Source: Octopus bimaculoides
Taxonomy: Eukaryota
DNA: 64,000 nt
Assembly: GCF_001194135.2 (NCBI RefSeq)
Contig: NC_068985.1
Coordinates: 92,722,375-92,786,374, forward strand
Reading direction: 5' to 3'
This document shows positions 11,963 to 26,905 of this stretch, piece after piece. Under the pieces are notes generated by a model, which saw only the letters and a program-made list of their open reading frames with translations, had not been told where the DNA came from and did no database searches. Each line of letters opens with the position of its first letter. Within the stretch, counting starts at the first letter, position 1. A program made the position numbers and the translations under genes.

Positions 11963-11997
<35 letters not shown>

Positions 11998-12190
11998 CTA
12001 TGTTTGTTCCCACTTGACAGCCAATGCTGGTGTGTTTATGTCCCCATAACTTAGAAGGATCGGCAAAAGAGACCGATAGAATAAGTACTAGGCTTACAAA
12101 CAATAAGTCCTGGGGTCAATTTGCTCGACTAAATGTGGTGCTCCAGCATGGCCACAGTCAAATGACTGAAACAAGTAAAAGAGTAAAGAA
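11784..12190 (+). mobile_element. Family B tRNA-derived SINE, full length, with internal (TA)n(TG)n
   Basis: Head GGCTGTGTGGTAA (A box-like) and GAGTTCAATCC (B box-like); body shared with 41499-41863 and 61397-61775; tail GACTGAAACAAGTAAAAGAG. Confidence 0.9.
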
Positions 12191-12269
12191 TATATATATA
12201 TATTTACATCTTACAATCAATAGGTTTATGAAGATGAATCTTTTTCAGTCATCATCACTATCACCATAA

Positions 12270-12760
12270 TATTTCATTTATGACCTTTTTATACTTGCAT
12301 GGTGGATGGAAGAAGTTATCTTCAGTTATTTGAATGCTTTATATATATAAAAGTCCAATATTCTCAACACCTACATAATCATTCTGCTGTCGGTCTTTGA
12401 TGCTCTGCTTTCATATTATATACGATTTTTTACCAGTACTTTGAAGCATGTTTTCATTCCACATTTTGTCCCTTTCCCAATGTAGATGTCATTACATTTC
12501 CTCGTCATTTAACAGTCTTGTATACTACAGGAATATGTGTAGTTTATTCATTTTTACCCATGTTTCACTGCCATACAGCACAATATTTCTTGTAACCTTA
12601 CTAGTTTCTAAGATAACAAAGGAATTTTTTTTAAATTCTAGCAGAAATTACAATTTCTTAAACTATGCTCTTGCTAAATCTCTGAGTACACATATGGTAT
12701 TAAGCTATGACTCTGTGATTCCAAAGTTTGATGTGCAACTCTGGTTTCAGGTTCATTTCC
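12270..12760 (-). mobile_element. RTE-like LINE 3' fragment
   Basis: Minus-strand translation IVLYGSETW; (GAT)n-like tail at about 12245-12270. Confidence 0.6.
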
Positions 12761-14420
12761 AATGGGCAGCAACTTATCTTTGCGAGAAAATATTAAAATT
12801 GTGGAGGATTGCTATTAGGGATGTTCCTATTCTTAAGTAATAGACTTAATCTGTTGCCATTTAGTCATTGGTGCCCTTAAAGATAATTTACCTCCTTTAC
12901 TTGCCAGAAAAGTCATTGCTGTAGTTGTACTGTTCTTCTTTCTCTGACTAAGCTATTAAAAGTTGAAAAAAGAGAGAGTGAGAAAGCCTGCTATGGAATA
13001 ATCTAGCAGCCATCTTCATTACCACTTGTAGTATTGGTCTTTACTGCTTAACTGCTCAATTATAAGAGCCACTGCTTTCATATTCTCTCAAATATTCTAA
13101 GTGAATATGATATTTAGACCAATGGTACTTTATATTTAGTCAAAGCAAATGAAAGCAGCTATTATTTGGTTTATTTATAACCCTGATAATGTTTCTGATC
13201 AATTTATCATGTACAAACCCAGTTGTTCCTTATCTAAATTTAATACTGTGCCCTTTATCTCAAGTTGATATGAAAAGTTTAATGAATGTGTGTTGAATGA
13301 AATACAACCTGTAATTCACTATTGTTCACAAATTAATGCTTTAAATTTTCAAAATAAATGAATGCATCACTTGAAATTTCTAAATTAAGCATTGAAAGCA
13401 CTTGATTCTTATCTATTGATTTCTTTTTGTCACGTCTCTGACAATTTTTGTTTCATTCTGCTTGTGATGCATCTTGTATTGTTAAAAGACCTCACAAAGG
13501 ATAAAATCTACAGTTTAGAAATATAAATAAAGTGAATTACTGGAGTTCAAATTCCATGGTGTATTAACAAAGTTGTCCCATTGGTACAGGTTTGGTTATG
13601 TGAAGTGGAAGTTTTCTTCACAAACATAGTTTGTACAACAAACCTTTGGGCAAGTGTCTTCCACCATAGTGTTGAGAAAATGGCTAAGTGATCTCTGAAA
13701 GAAGTCAGGTAAATCCCATTTTCTGGTCATGAAAAGAAAAATGCACTCAAAAAAATGCATGATAGGAGGTGGATATTATGCAGGCTTCTAAGTTCCACTT
13801 CCATGATAATGATCAACATGTATCTATAGTAAAAGCCACTTTCACAAATATATGTATGTATATGTGTGTGCATATTACTTCAATTTCTGGTAATCTTATC
13901 AATTTAATTATGAAAGAGAGTGTGGTGCACTTCACATTTTAACAGATATATCCAACACATTGGATTAATCTATTTAACTTATGAGCTGTTCTTTGGATTA
14001 ATTATCTAAGACATAAATGTAGTTAGTATTGAATATAATGTGACTCTTCCATTTGGAGGTGATAAAAGTGCCAACATGTATCAGAATTTCATCCCTTTTG
14101 TTGTTGATCATGTACTCTCATTTTATTTAATGTAGATTTTTTTTTCTTTTTTCCACCTTGAAAATGTTTCACAGATAAATTTTGTGTAGTTTACTATTAA
14201 TATGATACAGTCATTCATGAATTTACTTCAGTTATTTATGTGAAAATTTAAACTGCATTTCTTCCACATAAAAATTACAGAATGGGAATAGAAAGTGAAT
14301 AAATTCTTATATTTTAAGAATTATAGTTTACTAAAATATTACTGTTAGGAAAATTATATGTAATAGAAAGAGGATTTCCATAATAACTCATTAATAAGCT
14401 ATTATCTGATTCACAAAATC

Positions 14421-14443
14421 NNNNNNNNNNNNNNNNNNNNNNN
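14421..14443. other. Assembly gap
   Basis: N run. Confidence 1.
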
Positions 14444-14539
14444 AAAAGGCAAAACAAAAATTAAAAAAATTACTTCTTAATTTCTTCCTTATAATTTATA
14501 GAAGAATTTGAAAAATAACTTCTTTTTAATTGCAAAATA

Positions 14540-15300
14540 TTATGTAAGATTTTTTTCTTTTTCTTACATTACCTCATGGAGAATGTCTCATTTACATTGT
14601 TGTATAAATTTCACTTATTTAGCATTTCTGGAGGAAGAGGTTATTCACATGGTCTTTAATGGCCCTCAAAAAATAGAACCATGAATGCTACTTGGATTGT
14701 TGCAAGTTGATGGCTGCAGGAAAAAATTTATGCAGGAAGGAAATTCTGTGGCACTGATGTTCTGGAAGAAAAGGACTAAGTTTAATGATTAGTGCAGGTG
14801 TCAAGAGATTTCGATATGAATAATGATTGAAGAGTGTGAAAGAGAATAACTATCTAAAAGAGAGAAAAGACTACATTTCTGGGCCAGCAGATTAATTGTG
14901 TTTGAGCAATTTCATGCCATTCAATTCAATTGCCTGCTGGCTCAGATGTCTTAATGTGTAGCAGTGGCATCATACTAAATTTTCAGAGCACTGCTCCATT
15001 GTGGGTGTTACCTGAGCCTTGTAGGCAGTTAGTAATTGTTAGTAGAAAGGTGGATGAAGTATTTTGTGGTACAGAAGAGGGAAAGCAATGTTTGTGAAGT
15101 GCAATATCTATAGTGGGTTGCGTCTGAAAGGTCTAGAGACAAACACTTTTCTCTCTAGTGAATCTTTCATCAACTTCAAGAAGGTTCCCGTGGTCTTTTC
15201 CGTAGTCACTGTTTATTTCATCCCTGCTTCTTCAGCTATCTTTGCTAGTTTGAGGATATGTGTTGCCCATAAAAGATTCTCAGTGAGTGTGAGAAATAGT
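14540..15300 (-). mobile_element. CR1/L2/Jockey-group LINE 3' fragment
   Basis: Degenerate NLLWATHILKLAKIA, QLLTAYKAQVTPTMEQCS and an SFF..T...N.LP-like end followed by an A-rich tail. Confidence 0.65.
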
Positions 15301-15648
15301 GAGTAGTCACATTGCTCATTGCTCATATCAGGTGGGGTGCAATAACGTTTTCTTTACAATGACTGTGTCTTGTTGACTTAGTACAATGCTGAGTCAATTC
15401 AACTCAGTAAATTAACATTCAGTTTAGATAAAATGTTAGGATTCTCTAAATACATTTCTATTTAGAGTAAAGCACTTGATATTGTCGCCTACCAGAAGTT
15501 GTAAGTAGTCTATATGTTTAGCGTCTTTGTTTCAGATGATGCATTAAAATACTTGTTGAGGATGTTTTATGTGATGAAACCAATAAAACGACAAGAAAAA
15601 AAAAGAGTAGTAGTTTATATTCGTGCTTTTTTTTTGCCCCCAACTGTA

Positions 15649-15725
15649 NNNNNNNNNNNNNNNNNNNNNNNNNNNNNNNNNNNNNNNNNNNNNNNNNNNN
15701 NNNNNNNNNNNNNNNNNNNNNNNNN
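15649..15725. other. Assembly gap
   Basis: N run. Confidence 1.
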
Positions 15726-18700
15726 GTTTTTCTCTGTTTCATTTCTTCTGAGAAATAAAATACGAAAGCTATGTAAAACCTTAAGAATTAAATACATGGA
15801 CAAATTGTAAATTGTTTTGGTTTTCTGAAACAATTAACATGCTTTTTTTTGTCCTAATTTTGTCTTATATTTTGGGTGCAGATTCTACAGTTTTGTCAAT
15901 TTCTTATGTATTGCTACTTTGGATATTTCTTCTTTACAGTGTTGATAAAATATCTTTGAAGGATGTGATTTTTTCACCCAGGAGATTGATTTTTTTTTTT
16001 TTTTTAAATACGTGTTTAATAATATGCTCCAACTGAAGACACTATCATTTCTCATATTTGCATACAATGGCAAAAGCAACCCTTTTCTTGGAAGCAATTT
16101 CTTATATCTTCTATTTATGAAGAGTGGGTGGAGAACATTCAACTTTTCCCCATTCATTTGTAGTAGAAATGTTAGGGAATTGCCATTCATTATAAGAATA
16201 TGATAGAATATCTTACGTCATTTTCGTATTTGGTTTGCAAGATTCTTGATGTGAATTCATGTGTTGAAACAGAGGGAGGCTTCAATACCATTTCTACTTT
16301 TAATAATAAATGTAGATTGATGAGTCCTTATTGTATGACCAGATGTTTTGCATGGCTGCTATGATGGTAGGATTTCAAATGTTTAAGAATGGGCTCAACA
16401 TCTATTGTAAACCATGAATTAGATATTCAGTTATCTTGTTGCATGACAAGACAAAGCAATGTTCCTTTAAATTATTTTAATAATTAATATTATCCTGTCT
16501 TAGTAATTGATTAAATATTGTAAAGAGTAAGGAAAAAAAAGAAGCAGTATGTGTACTGTTTTTGATAATTATTACTATGACCACTAGGCTAATTAATTCG
16601 AGGTGTCAAACCTTGGGCATTACCTTATTATAAATGGATTCACAATGAGAAAGTCCCATTAGTATTTCAATCATACAACTATACAATTTGAAAACCTGGT
16701 CGCATAAAAACGATTCCGGAACAATATGACTTACATTTAGATAGCTATATGTCCTTATCAAGACCTTTTTTGTCTAAACTACAGGATGAAGTAAGCAAAA
16801 TTATATGAACTTAAAATAATTTTCAAAATCTTTTACAGATTGTATGAAAGTCTTAATTTTCCTTTTAAATACATTCACACGTGCACACATACAATACACA
16901 AGAATTGTTACAACAAATAAATGAATGAATAAATAAATAATCAAAATTATAAAAATTTATTATGCATCTGTTGAGACAATTTACACTAATTGGGAAGAAA
17001 TATTTTTTTTACTCCTTTTAAAAATTAAAATGCCAGTTAGCATTATTTCCATTTTTTGTTATTAAGCAATATGAAAAGGACATTTCATATATAAAGTAAT
17101 GAGTTTAATCAACCTCATATATTGTCAGTTTTCAACACCCTCTAAACATGTCAGGTATTTGATTGCTTTTGCATAACTAATATGTTGGGTGTGATTGACA
17201 TATTACATTTCTAGATTTACGGCTGATTGCTTTATAATCAAATCCTTGTTTTTATTATTTATATTCTGAATTTTTGTTTTGATCACCATATTCTCAGATC
17301 ATGTGCTCAATTTTTAAGCATACTTTTTATACAAACTTTTTTCTACTTATGATTCAAATTATATATTTTTTTTTTATTATTATAACTTTGATATTAGTCA
17401 CAACAGCAAAGTGTTAATTCCCATGGTATTTTATATAATTTCTATAAAACCAGCAGTTTCAATTATATTCTATATTATTAGATTTGATGTATTCTCACCC
17501 ACTCGCAGTTTTGTTTTATCTTCAAAGAAGATAAACTAAAGATCATACTCAGCTTCTTACCAGGTGGAACCTTACATTTAGTAGGTATGGATATCAAAAG
17601 AAAACCAGAATTAATAGTGGTTGAAGCATCATAAGAACAATATTGGGTTTTCATAATATTGGAATTAGGGTAGGAAGATATAAGCATGCCAACATATTAA
17701 TGGTATTCAGAGCCCTTATGCACAGAGAACAAAGGATGAAATAATTTGCTTCAAGAGTCCATGGTTATTTGTCTGTCATAGAAATCTCAGCAAATAATTG
17801 GCATATATTTTCCCCTCTATACATGTCCTACATTTCCAGATGTTTCTTTGATCAGAATATAGCACTGTTCTTTGTTTTATATTCTTAAGGATTCATTTTG
17901 TTTCATGCTTGACATCTCTTTCATAAATCTATAGATTTCAATACAGGCAATATTTTGCATTTCTCCCATCTATTGAGTATGTATTACTTTAGCAAGGTAC
18001 CTTTTTTGATTTTATATCATGAAAATAATTTTTATCTTTTCTGTTTTTTTAAACCTAGCAATTACCTATTTAAGGTTCTGTGTTAAACTCTGTTTATCAT
18101 GAAATGAGGTTTAGTGATGCTTATGTGATATCAGTCTAGTTTATAAGTTCCTTGATCTATGTGTAAGTATCTGGGAATTACTCACACACAGGTCTTGTTA
18201 GTGTCAAATAAGAGAAGACAAATAAGTTGTAAATATATTGTTGATAATTTGATTATATATGCTCAGTGTAGATAAGTTCAATATAGTTGTCTTTACCAAA
18301 ATTAGATTAAAATATCTTTATAATTTACTTAACTGCAGCCCTGTTACTCAAGAGGATTCTTGAAGTGGTGTAAGTTGCAATGTAACATAAGGAATAGGTT
18401 AGGTTTAGTCTACTGAGTTTCTGATTGATTTTCAGTTCTCATCTCTCTCTTCTCCTTTCGCATAGTTATTTAATTTCCCTTATACATCTCTCTTCTTCTC
18501 TAAACTATCTCTTTCAATCCCTCCCTGTAATGCTTTATTTTTTATATATACTGTTACTGGTATGAGAGACATGAGTAAACTGTTCATAAGAAAGAAAGAA
18601 AAATCTTAAACCTTAAATAAATTGTGTAAGTTGAGATTTTATATTTTTACATTAGTCTATTGAAGCTATTTCGATTTGAGGTGATATTTAAGCTAATTTC

Positions 18701-21700
18701 AAGATTGTATATAGTTTTATAGTATATTGATGTAATTTTGCAATATTTATAGGTGGAGGGGTGAGAGAGAAGAAAAAAGAGAAGAAAAACAGCACACAGA
18801 AGTTTCAAAAGTCTTGCAATAAATTATTCAGGCATCTCCAACTCTTTCTTTTTACATTATTTATACCACTTTCTTTATATTAGACTTTCATTAGTACCGT
18901 TCATATCCTATAAATGTCTTAAATGCATTGTTTGCAACAGTTTCATATTCATGTGCTGAATTATTGGACTAATAAATAATTTCTCAATGTATTGTGGAAA
19001 CAAAATATATTCTCTCTTTTTGAATGAGTTATTTCACAACAAAACTCTATTTATTGTTCACTCTACAAAAGATTTTTGAATTTAACGCATGAATTCTCTA
19101 GACTGATGTTGATGTTTGTAAGGATATTTCTTAATTCGTCTATTTCATTACTATTGTGCTTTTTACTGTTAACTCCATCAATATTTTTCCTTATCACTAA
19201 GCAAAGGCCTTTATATAAGCTATGGTAAATGCTACATATTTAGGAGAGTAGTTATTCTCAAGTGAAACCATAACTATCTGATGGTAAGCTTCAATAGGTT
19301 GGCATCATATCTGGAGAGCAAGATATTTCTTAATTAATCACATTACAATTTTAAAACTGAAATAAACTCAAGAATGTTGTAATATAAAGTATTTATAAAT
19401 TCTATATATTGTACAGAAGGAATACTTTATCATTAATTAAAAGCATCAATATTATTGTTCTGTGGCAATGTGGAATGGAATGGTTGTGAAGGCTATGCCC
19501 ACTTGCCCTTCCTCCAGGCTCAGTAAAAAAAAAACAAAGTAAAAATTGTTTTGATGATTCAGATGCCCATGGTGGAATAGATTCCATTCAGGTGTGCATT
19601 GTTTTTTATGTGAACATAATACTTATCATCATAATCATTAACATAATTTTTACGTTATTTCTACCATACTGGTATGATTATAATGAGTTTTAGCATCTTT
19701 ACACTCATTGTACTCTTTCATCATTTGACAGGTACACGAAGCATTTGTGAAAACCAGGCATCGTTGCTGTGTATGTCATGGTTGTTTTTTTATGAGTAGT
19801 TTCCTCTCATATCACCAAACACTTTAAAGTATGGTGAGAGGATGTCTGAAGTGGAGCAGACATCTGGCTTAGGCTCTATTGATGCTTTTATTCAGAGTTA
19901 CCTATTTAGGTACTGTGTGCTAGGGCTTGCAATGTCTGTACCACTCACTCCTCTTTGTTAGCAAGTATTTTGCAGTTCACATATTGTATACCATTATTTA
20001 AATAGACTGATATCTAGTGAACAGTTTATAACACTATATAAGTAGGTTGATATCTCATGAATGCTTTTTATTGATGTAATACATTTTCCATTCTGTTTTA
20101 GTACACAATTTTGAAAAATTGTTACTCTTTTTTTTCAGTACTAAAAAAATATACGCACAGATGGTAATTCTTGAGGTTTGTGTGGTTGAGTCTTATATGT
20201 ACATCTTAAGCTTCTGTGTTAATATAGCTCTAAATTAGAAAAGGTATAGATTGTAACTTGTAGGGGGGGGGGGCTGTAGCATATGGTAATTTACTAACAG
20301 TGGTAGAAAGCTTTTGTCTCATAGAGGACTTTTATAAAGTGCTACTCTTATTGTAGATCGACATGAAAATTGAGTTTTTATAGTTACACGTTGGTTATGC
20401 ATATGCATTAGGTAACAGAAAAAACTGCATTTGATTATTTAGATGTATTGAGGAATCTTATAACAAGGTGAAATGGTGGGGGGGATGGATGTGCATTACA
20501 AACATTGTTATATAAGAGAAATGACTATGGTATTAAGGATACAGGATTCTGATTCATGGTGTATTAGGTAAAATGAATTACCAACTGAATTTTGTTTATA
20601 CCAATCAAGGAATTATGTTCAAACCATAGATAATATCCCTAGTTGTATTAGTCTTTTCTCAATTTTACTGTAAATGCCAATATTCTATTTTAGATTTGTC
20701 ATGGTATACCAATAGCATATGTAGTCACTAGCTCATAAGAATTTGATTACTAACTGCAGATATCATATATTTATGTGTTGAAAACTATTGCAATTGCCGC
20801 TCTGTTATCTGATTCTTTTACTCATCTACATTAAATCCATTTACAATTTCATGCTTCACTTTAAGCATATCATATTAAACCATTCTTTGCCATTTACTGG
20901 CAATATTCTACCTTCTCTATTGAAATGCAGCATTTTTTCTCCCATGAGCTGACACTGGAATTTGAGACTATCAATTTTCATAGCTAATACAGTACAAAGC
21001 AGACTATTACTTACTGAATAACACTTTTCATGTGACCTACTGTCAATGTGTGCCTGTATATGTTTCTTAGCATAATGTGTTTGTATTTATGTAAGGATCA
21101 TTTTAAATAGTTACCATCATCACATATCGTCAGTGTATTTACTTGGAAGCAGAAATTTTCATTATCCTCTTATATTTAATTCATAATTATTTTTTAAGTG
21201 AACGTGAAGAATGTTGGAGGATATTTTTAATCAGTTGTATTTTCGTTATTGAATACATTTCTGCAGTTATATCTACCTTAGTCTTTATGAGTCTTTTCAC
21301 AATATTCTATGATGGAATCTAATCAATCAGTAACGTTTCTCTCTAATTAATATTACTGTTTATCACTTGTTAGTCTGTGTCTATCAGTCTGCCTGTCTAT
21401 ATATATCTTCAAAAATTAATTTCATTCAATGTTTAGAATGCTTGGAATTTTTTTCAATTTAAAATTTAGGTAAATGTTTTATTGCAAGATTTATGTATAA
21501 TAAAGCCTGTTCAACATGCTCTGCATAAATGAGATTGTGAGTTATCATTAATTTATCTTTAGATTGTATTCAGAAAGTTGTTTTTTTTTTTTAGAAACTT
21601 TTAACAAGTTAGACTGTCAAAGGATTAATAATATACTATTGCTTTTAATTTTTCCATTTCCAATGTGTTTTGACACAGAAGGAATAGCTATATCACTGTC

Positions 21701-22249
21701 AAGGTTGATATTTATAATAGCAAATCCTTGAATTACTGAGATAATAATTCACAAACATTTTTGTTTAGTTTAAGCTCTATAACTAACTAACTGTATAAAA
21801 TTCAAAAAAATTATTTTAAAATTATTTTCATTTATTAAAACTGATTGGCAGTTGTTTTAAAATTGTCTGAAATCGAGAGCAATATATTGACTGATATCAA
21901 AGGAAGTACTAAAAATTTAATAAAAACCACATCATACATATTTCATAAAGTAATACTTCACATTTTTCCTTAATATTCTGGTGTAAAGAAGTCGAGAAAT
22001 TTCTCGAAAGCATAGATATCTTTATTATTAACTATTTATTTCAAATTTAAGGATTTGTTATCTTGGATTTTATCTGTTTGTACAGGAATCTATAATTAAA
22101 AGAATTGATCCTTTAAGAACAGTGATATTACAATAAACATTTAACATTGTTCTGCATTGCTTATTCAGAAATAATATTAGGTCTTTTGTGTTACTGAAGA
22201 CCATATTTTTGAATTTGCTGTGTTGCGTTTCTGTTCATTCACTGAACCA

Positions 22250-23690
22250 TTCTTATAGCCATTATTTTCATTCTTTTCTCCTGTTTAACATTCATTAACC
22301 ATGCCCCACTACCATAAATTATAACATTTGTTACACACCTTTCTTTTCAGTTTCAACAACACCCGCTTCCTCATTAGCAGACCACACAGTTTCCCAAACT
22401 TCTATGCACATGTCACTCTAGTCATTCTCACTCTGTCTGATCCACCTTTTCCATTCAAGAGTGTTCTCATCCTTGGTCTTCATAACTTAATGCTATTTCT
22501 AAGATCTGGCTCATCATTACATTGCAGTATACCTTTCACACATTGCTACAGTTTTGATGAAACCACCTGGTGTATATTGCTCAATTCATAGGGTTCACTC
22601 CAACACCCTTCCTTTATTGCACATAGCTACTTCATATTCTTTCTACCTCACTCTTTATCATTTGCATACCTTCATGTTTCGAATATTCACTCTCATTCCT
22701 TTTGCCTCCACCCTTGCCTTCCATCTATTTATCTTCTTTCCACCCCTATTCTCTGTTATTAATAACAGATTATCAAAGTACAGCTACTCAATTGGTAAAA
22801 TCTCCTTTGTGCATCATGCCAGTGTACCACTTCTATCACAACGACAAAAAGTAGTGCTTTTAATACTGACCCCTGATGTGCTCCAACCTTTTCTTTACAC
22901 TCATCACTGTTCTCAGCCTTTGTCGTAATGACTGCAGGCTTCCATACACTGACACTTCCACTATAACCAACTATTCCATTATTCCTAATTGTCAATGTCC
23001 ATGTATCTCATTCATAGAGAACTTTATGGAAAGCTTTCTTCAGCTCAACAAACCCAAGAAACAACTTTTCTTCTAATGTCCATTCACTTGTCTTGCAACT
23101 GCCTTTGAAATAATAATTGCACCAGTTGTTCCTCTTCTTGGCATAAATCTAAACTGAATTTCATCAATCATTTTTTTCTTAATCCTCTTCTTTTATATTT
23201 ATTCCAATACCTTCATTCCATTCTCCAATAATTTAATTGCTTTTTATAATCCTCATTCCAGAAGACTGTCTTTCTCCTTATACAGAATGCTGAGAGTACT
23301 CACCTCATAATGCACCGGAATATAGTCTTCTTTCACTACCAACCTACAGATCACTGTCATCTCTTAACTTTCCAGCTTTCTTTTGCTTTTAATATATCTC
23401 CCACAACTCCTGTTAACCTTCCTCATTTTCCACTCTTCATTACTCTTATTGCTTTTTAAACCTCTTTCTCAGTCACCTCTTTTGCTGGTCTTAGAACTGG
23501 ATTCTTCTCTATTTTGATCCCATTCATTCTCTCAATTTCCTCTCCATGCATTTTTCCCATTTTCCCTTAATTCTGTTTGCAGTTCACAAAAGCCAGTCAC
23601 CTCATCCTGCAAGCAGCCCACTTTTCTTACTCAACATTTTTATTCTTTTACTCTTCTTTCTTTTGCTTACTGCTTCACACTCTTAAGCAC

Positions 23691-23741
<51 letters not shown>

Positions 23742-24070
23742 CTTTTCACCTGTACACTTCGTCTGTCTTTGTTGCATTTTCCTTTGTAGCCTTCCTGGAA
23801 GCATTGTAACTTGCAGGCACTGCTTCTTCTGCTATCATACACCTTATTCTCTGCCATTCTCTGGACCTCTTTATGTTGTTGATCCTTTTTCCAGCTTCAT
23901 CCCAACATAAGCATTTCTAAATGTCAGTATGGTGCTCTTATCCACATACACCATTAACTTTTAGTAATGCCCAACCTGTTTTAGATTCATCATTAAATTC
24001 TATCATCAGTGCCTCCCTCACTGTCCCCTCTCTTAGCTACCACACCTTCAGCGTTGCTTGGTATTTCATC
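22250..24070 (-). mobile_element. Decayed RTE-clade LINE fragment including RT core
   Basis: Track ORF 22759-22995 contains KVGAHQGSVLKALLFVVVIE (RTE GVHQGSVLSPLLF motif); about 1.8 kb purine-rich minus strand; internal (CT)n. Confidence 0.8.
23697..23740. repeat. (CT)n microsatellite inside the RTE relic
   Basis: Direct. Confidence 0.95.
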
Positions 24071-26499
24071 CTCTGTCCTCAAATTTGTCCAGTAAATAAT
24101 ACAATATGACACCTTCCTCTTTTGGAATAAATATCTGTATTTTTCAATTTTTCAATCTATTGCTATCTTCTGTTTTTAATTTTCTTATTCTGATGTGTAT
24201 CCATGGATCAAATAAAGAAGGCATTAAATCTTCTTTTTTTTTTTAACTGTGTGCAGATAGAAATACAGAGAAATTATGTAATAATTAAACATGAAAGAAA
24301 TCATAACCCACCCAATTCCCAAAGGTGAAAACCAGCTAGAAATATCACCCAATTGACATTAGCCATCTGTTATCTGTACCTGGCTGAAAATCAGTTGTCA
24401 TAACTTTTTACGTCCATACCCTTGAGGTTGTATTGATCCTAGTCTAGTTGTGAGTTCTTTGCTGCTCCTTCTCAACTTCATTTTTTCATGATTTCACTTA
24501 TTTCATACGTTGCTATGTTGACATCACATAACAATTCAGAATTTTACTTTCTTTTCATACTATTTACACATAAGCTGTAAGTAAAAGTTTTCATATTGTC
24601 AGTGTGCACTCTCAGTCTTTTCACAAAAATTTCCTCTTATCTTTCTGGGGTTTTTAAAAAAAAATTTATTAATATAAGTATCTAAACTTTGACATTAAGC
24701 TGAACTAGCACATGGATTTTGCTTTTATATTTTATGATGCTTATTGAAAACTTGAGATGTGAAAGATAGGTATTAATGTAACTGCAGCTATACTTAATAG
24801 TAAATAAAATTCATAAATTCTGGTTAACTTATCAGAAAATATGTTTTTCCCCAATGTTGGAAATCGACTAAAGTTACTTTACTTGTATTGATATAAAAGA
24901 AAGGAATATATATCACAAGATGGCGCTTTTTAAACTTAAAGTTGGCTTAAGTATTACTATTTTTTTAAGTATGCATAATATTTTTTTATAAAATCATCTA
25001 ATTTTGTAAAATATTTTTATTGATTTCTATATGTATTTACTAATAGCTGTGTTACTTTAAGCCAACAATGATTTTAGTTGTAATTCTTTGTATAAATCTA
25101 AAATGATATTAAAAAGGTTAAGCAAAACAATCTTTTTTTTTTTTATATATAAATTTCTATTTTTATAACTCCTCACTGCATCATGCTATAGTTATTGTTA
25201 GAAATCTTTTGTTGTCTCAGATAAAATGCATATATACTTCAACAGGAACATCAACATATACTAGTTCCTATTCTTAAAAGTTTCAGTTTCCATGCATGCA
25301 TATGAAACAATAATATTGAATGCTTTCCCTGTAAGCTGGAGAATTAATTATCAATTGTATAAATACTCAATTTTATTTTACTGCAGTCAGACTTCTTATC
25401 AGATAACAAGTCAATTATATTTTTGCTATTGGAACTTTATCTGCAATATTGATTTGTAACATAAGTGCAAAGCCACACACATTTTGAAGAAGGGCAGAAC
25501 CAATCAAATCAACACCAGTTTGTGACTAGTATTTACATTTTTGACTGCAGAACAATGAAACGCACCATGTCATGATGAATTTTGTTAGTTACCTTATTGA
25601 TTCTGCCAATCTGCTACCAGCAAACTACAAAACTTTGACTTTAAAGTGTTTTTAAATTGAAATTATCTAATTTTAATTATTCAAATAAAAAAATATCCAG
25701 CTTTCAATTGAAGATTTGATAACAGTCTTTATGTTAAATTGCATGTAGAGTCTAATAGTTTTTGTGGATTTGATAACCTGAAATATCTTGTAATAGCTTT
25801 ATCTGAAGATGCATATGATCACTAATTAGTGTCTTCTTTGTGTTTAATGACAATGATCACAACCATAACATTCTTCCTTTCCAAAATAGCTCACATCCGA
25901 TATAAATGCAATAGATTAGGTAACTCTGTTTTTATCAAAATTCTTTGCTTCATTGATTACTTAAGTACACTCTCTGATATCTCAGAAACAACCAAATTTT
26001 TGTCAATGGTTATTGTGCTAAGAACCATATAAATAAGTAAATCTTTAACCATGGGACCCAACACTTATTCTATCAGTCTCTTTGCTGAATTGTTAGGTTA
26101 CCAACACTTGCTAAACAATCCAAGATTGGTGGAGAAACACAGACCACAAAGACACATACTGTACTAGAAGACTCTTGCCCAAGTTGTCATTTTTGTCATT
26201 AGAAAACAACCCTTATTTTTAGATCAAGTGTGTTCATAACACAAGCAATTTACCTCTGTAAGGGAACTTTGAGGTTCATCAGTCTGGTGGCGTATCTCTG
26301 ACTGAGCAGATTCACAGTAAGATTAAAACATCAGTGTTTCAAAATCCACTTACACCTGTAAATTGCATATGTTCTGAACATACATCCAAAGGGACGATGT
26401 CTCTCTGATGATGTAGAATAACAGCAATTAGATAGTCATATTTAAACCTGCCATAATGTATGAAGAATAAGATATTTTATTGAAAGCTTTTACTGCTAG

Positions 26500-26650
26500 T
26501 AAGCAATCCTTTCAAATGTTTGGAGAGGGGACAAATCGATTTTATCGACCCCTAAAAGATGAATGGCAAAGTCGACCTCGGTGGAATTTGAACTCAGAAA
26601 ATCAAGGTGGATGATATGCCACTAAGTATTCTGCCAGCTTGCCACCTTAC
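26500..26650 (-). mobile_element. Family C tRNA-derived SINE fragment; more diverged relatives near 25480-25590, 36330-36410 and 45440-45510
   Basis: Minus strand GGCAAGCTGGCAGAA head, CTGAGTTCAAATTCC B box, GAGGTCGACTTTGCC body. Confidence 0.65.
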
Positions 26651-26694
26651 TGTTAGTAAATAATGATTAGTGTAACAGCCAGTGGTATGCTTAC

Positions 26695-26905
26695 CAGTAG
26701 GTAGTATTTATCTCTATTTAACCTCTTTAGTGAAGTACGATATTAACTTGCTAATCTTTGCTGTTGTTACAAAACAAATTTTACTGAACTTCTTCAGAAT
26801 GAAGGAGTTTTGTGTTTTTAAATCTTTTATCATAACAACCTTTTCTTGCATCTCTTGTCCATGAGTTTCAGCAATTTCTTACGAAACAGACTTGCTAAGT
26901 TCTAC
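26695..26905 (-). pseudogene. Exon-like segment with three stops: VELSKSVS*EIAETHGQEMQEKVVMIKDLKTQNSFILKKFSKICFVTTAKISKLISYFTKEVK*R*ILPT
   Basis: Acceptor catttcag|GTA, donor CTG|gtaagc; 54-codon open core; possible frameshift near the 3' end. Confidence 0.35.

Noticed and set aside
15514-15833. ORFs spanning the second gap
   Set aside because: Artefacts of the N run.
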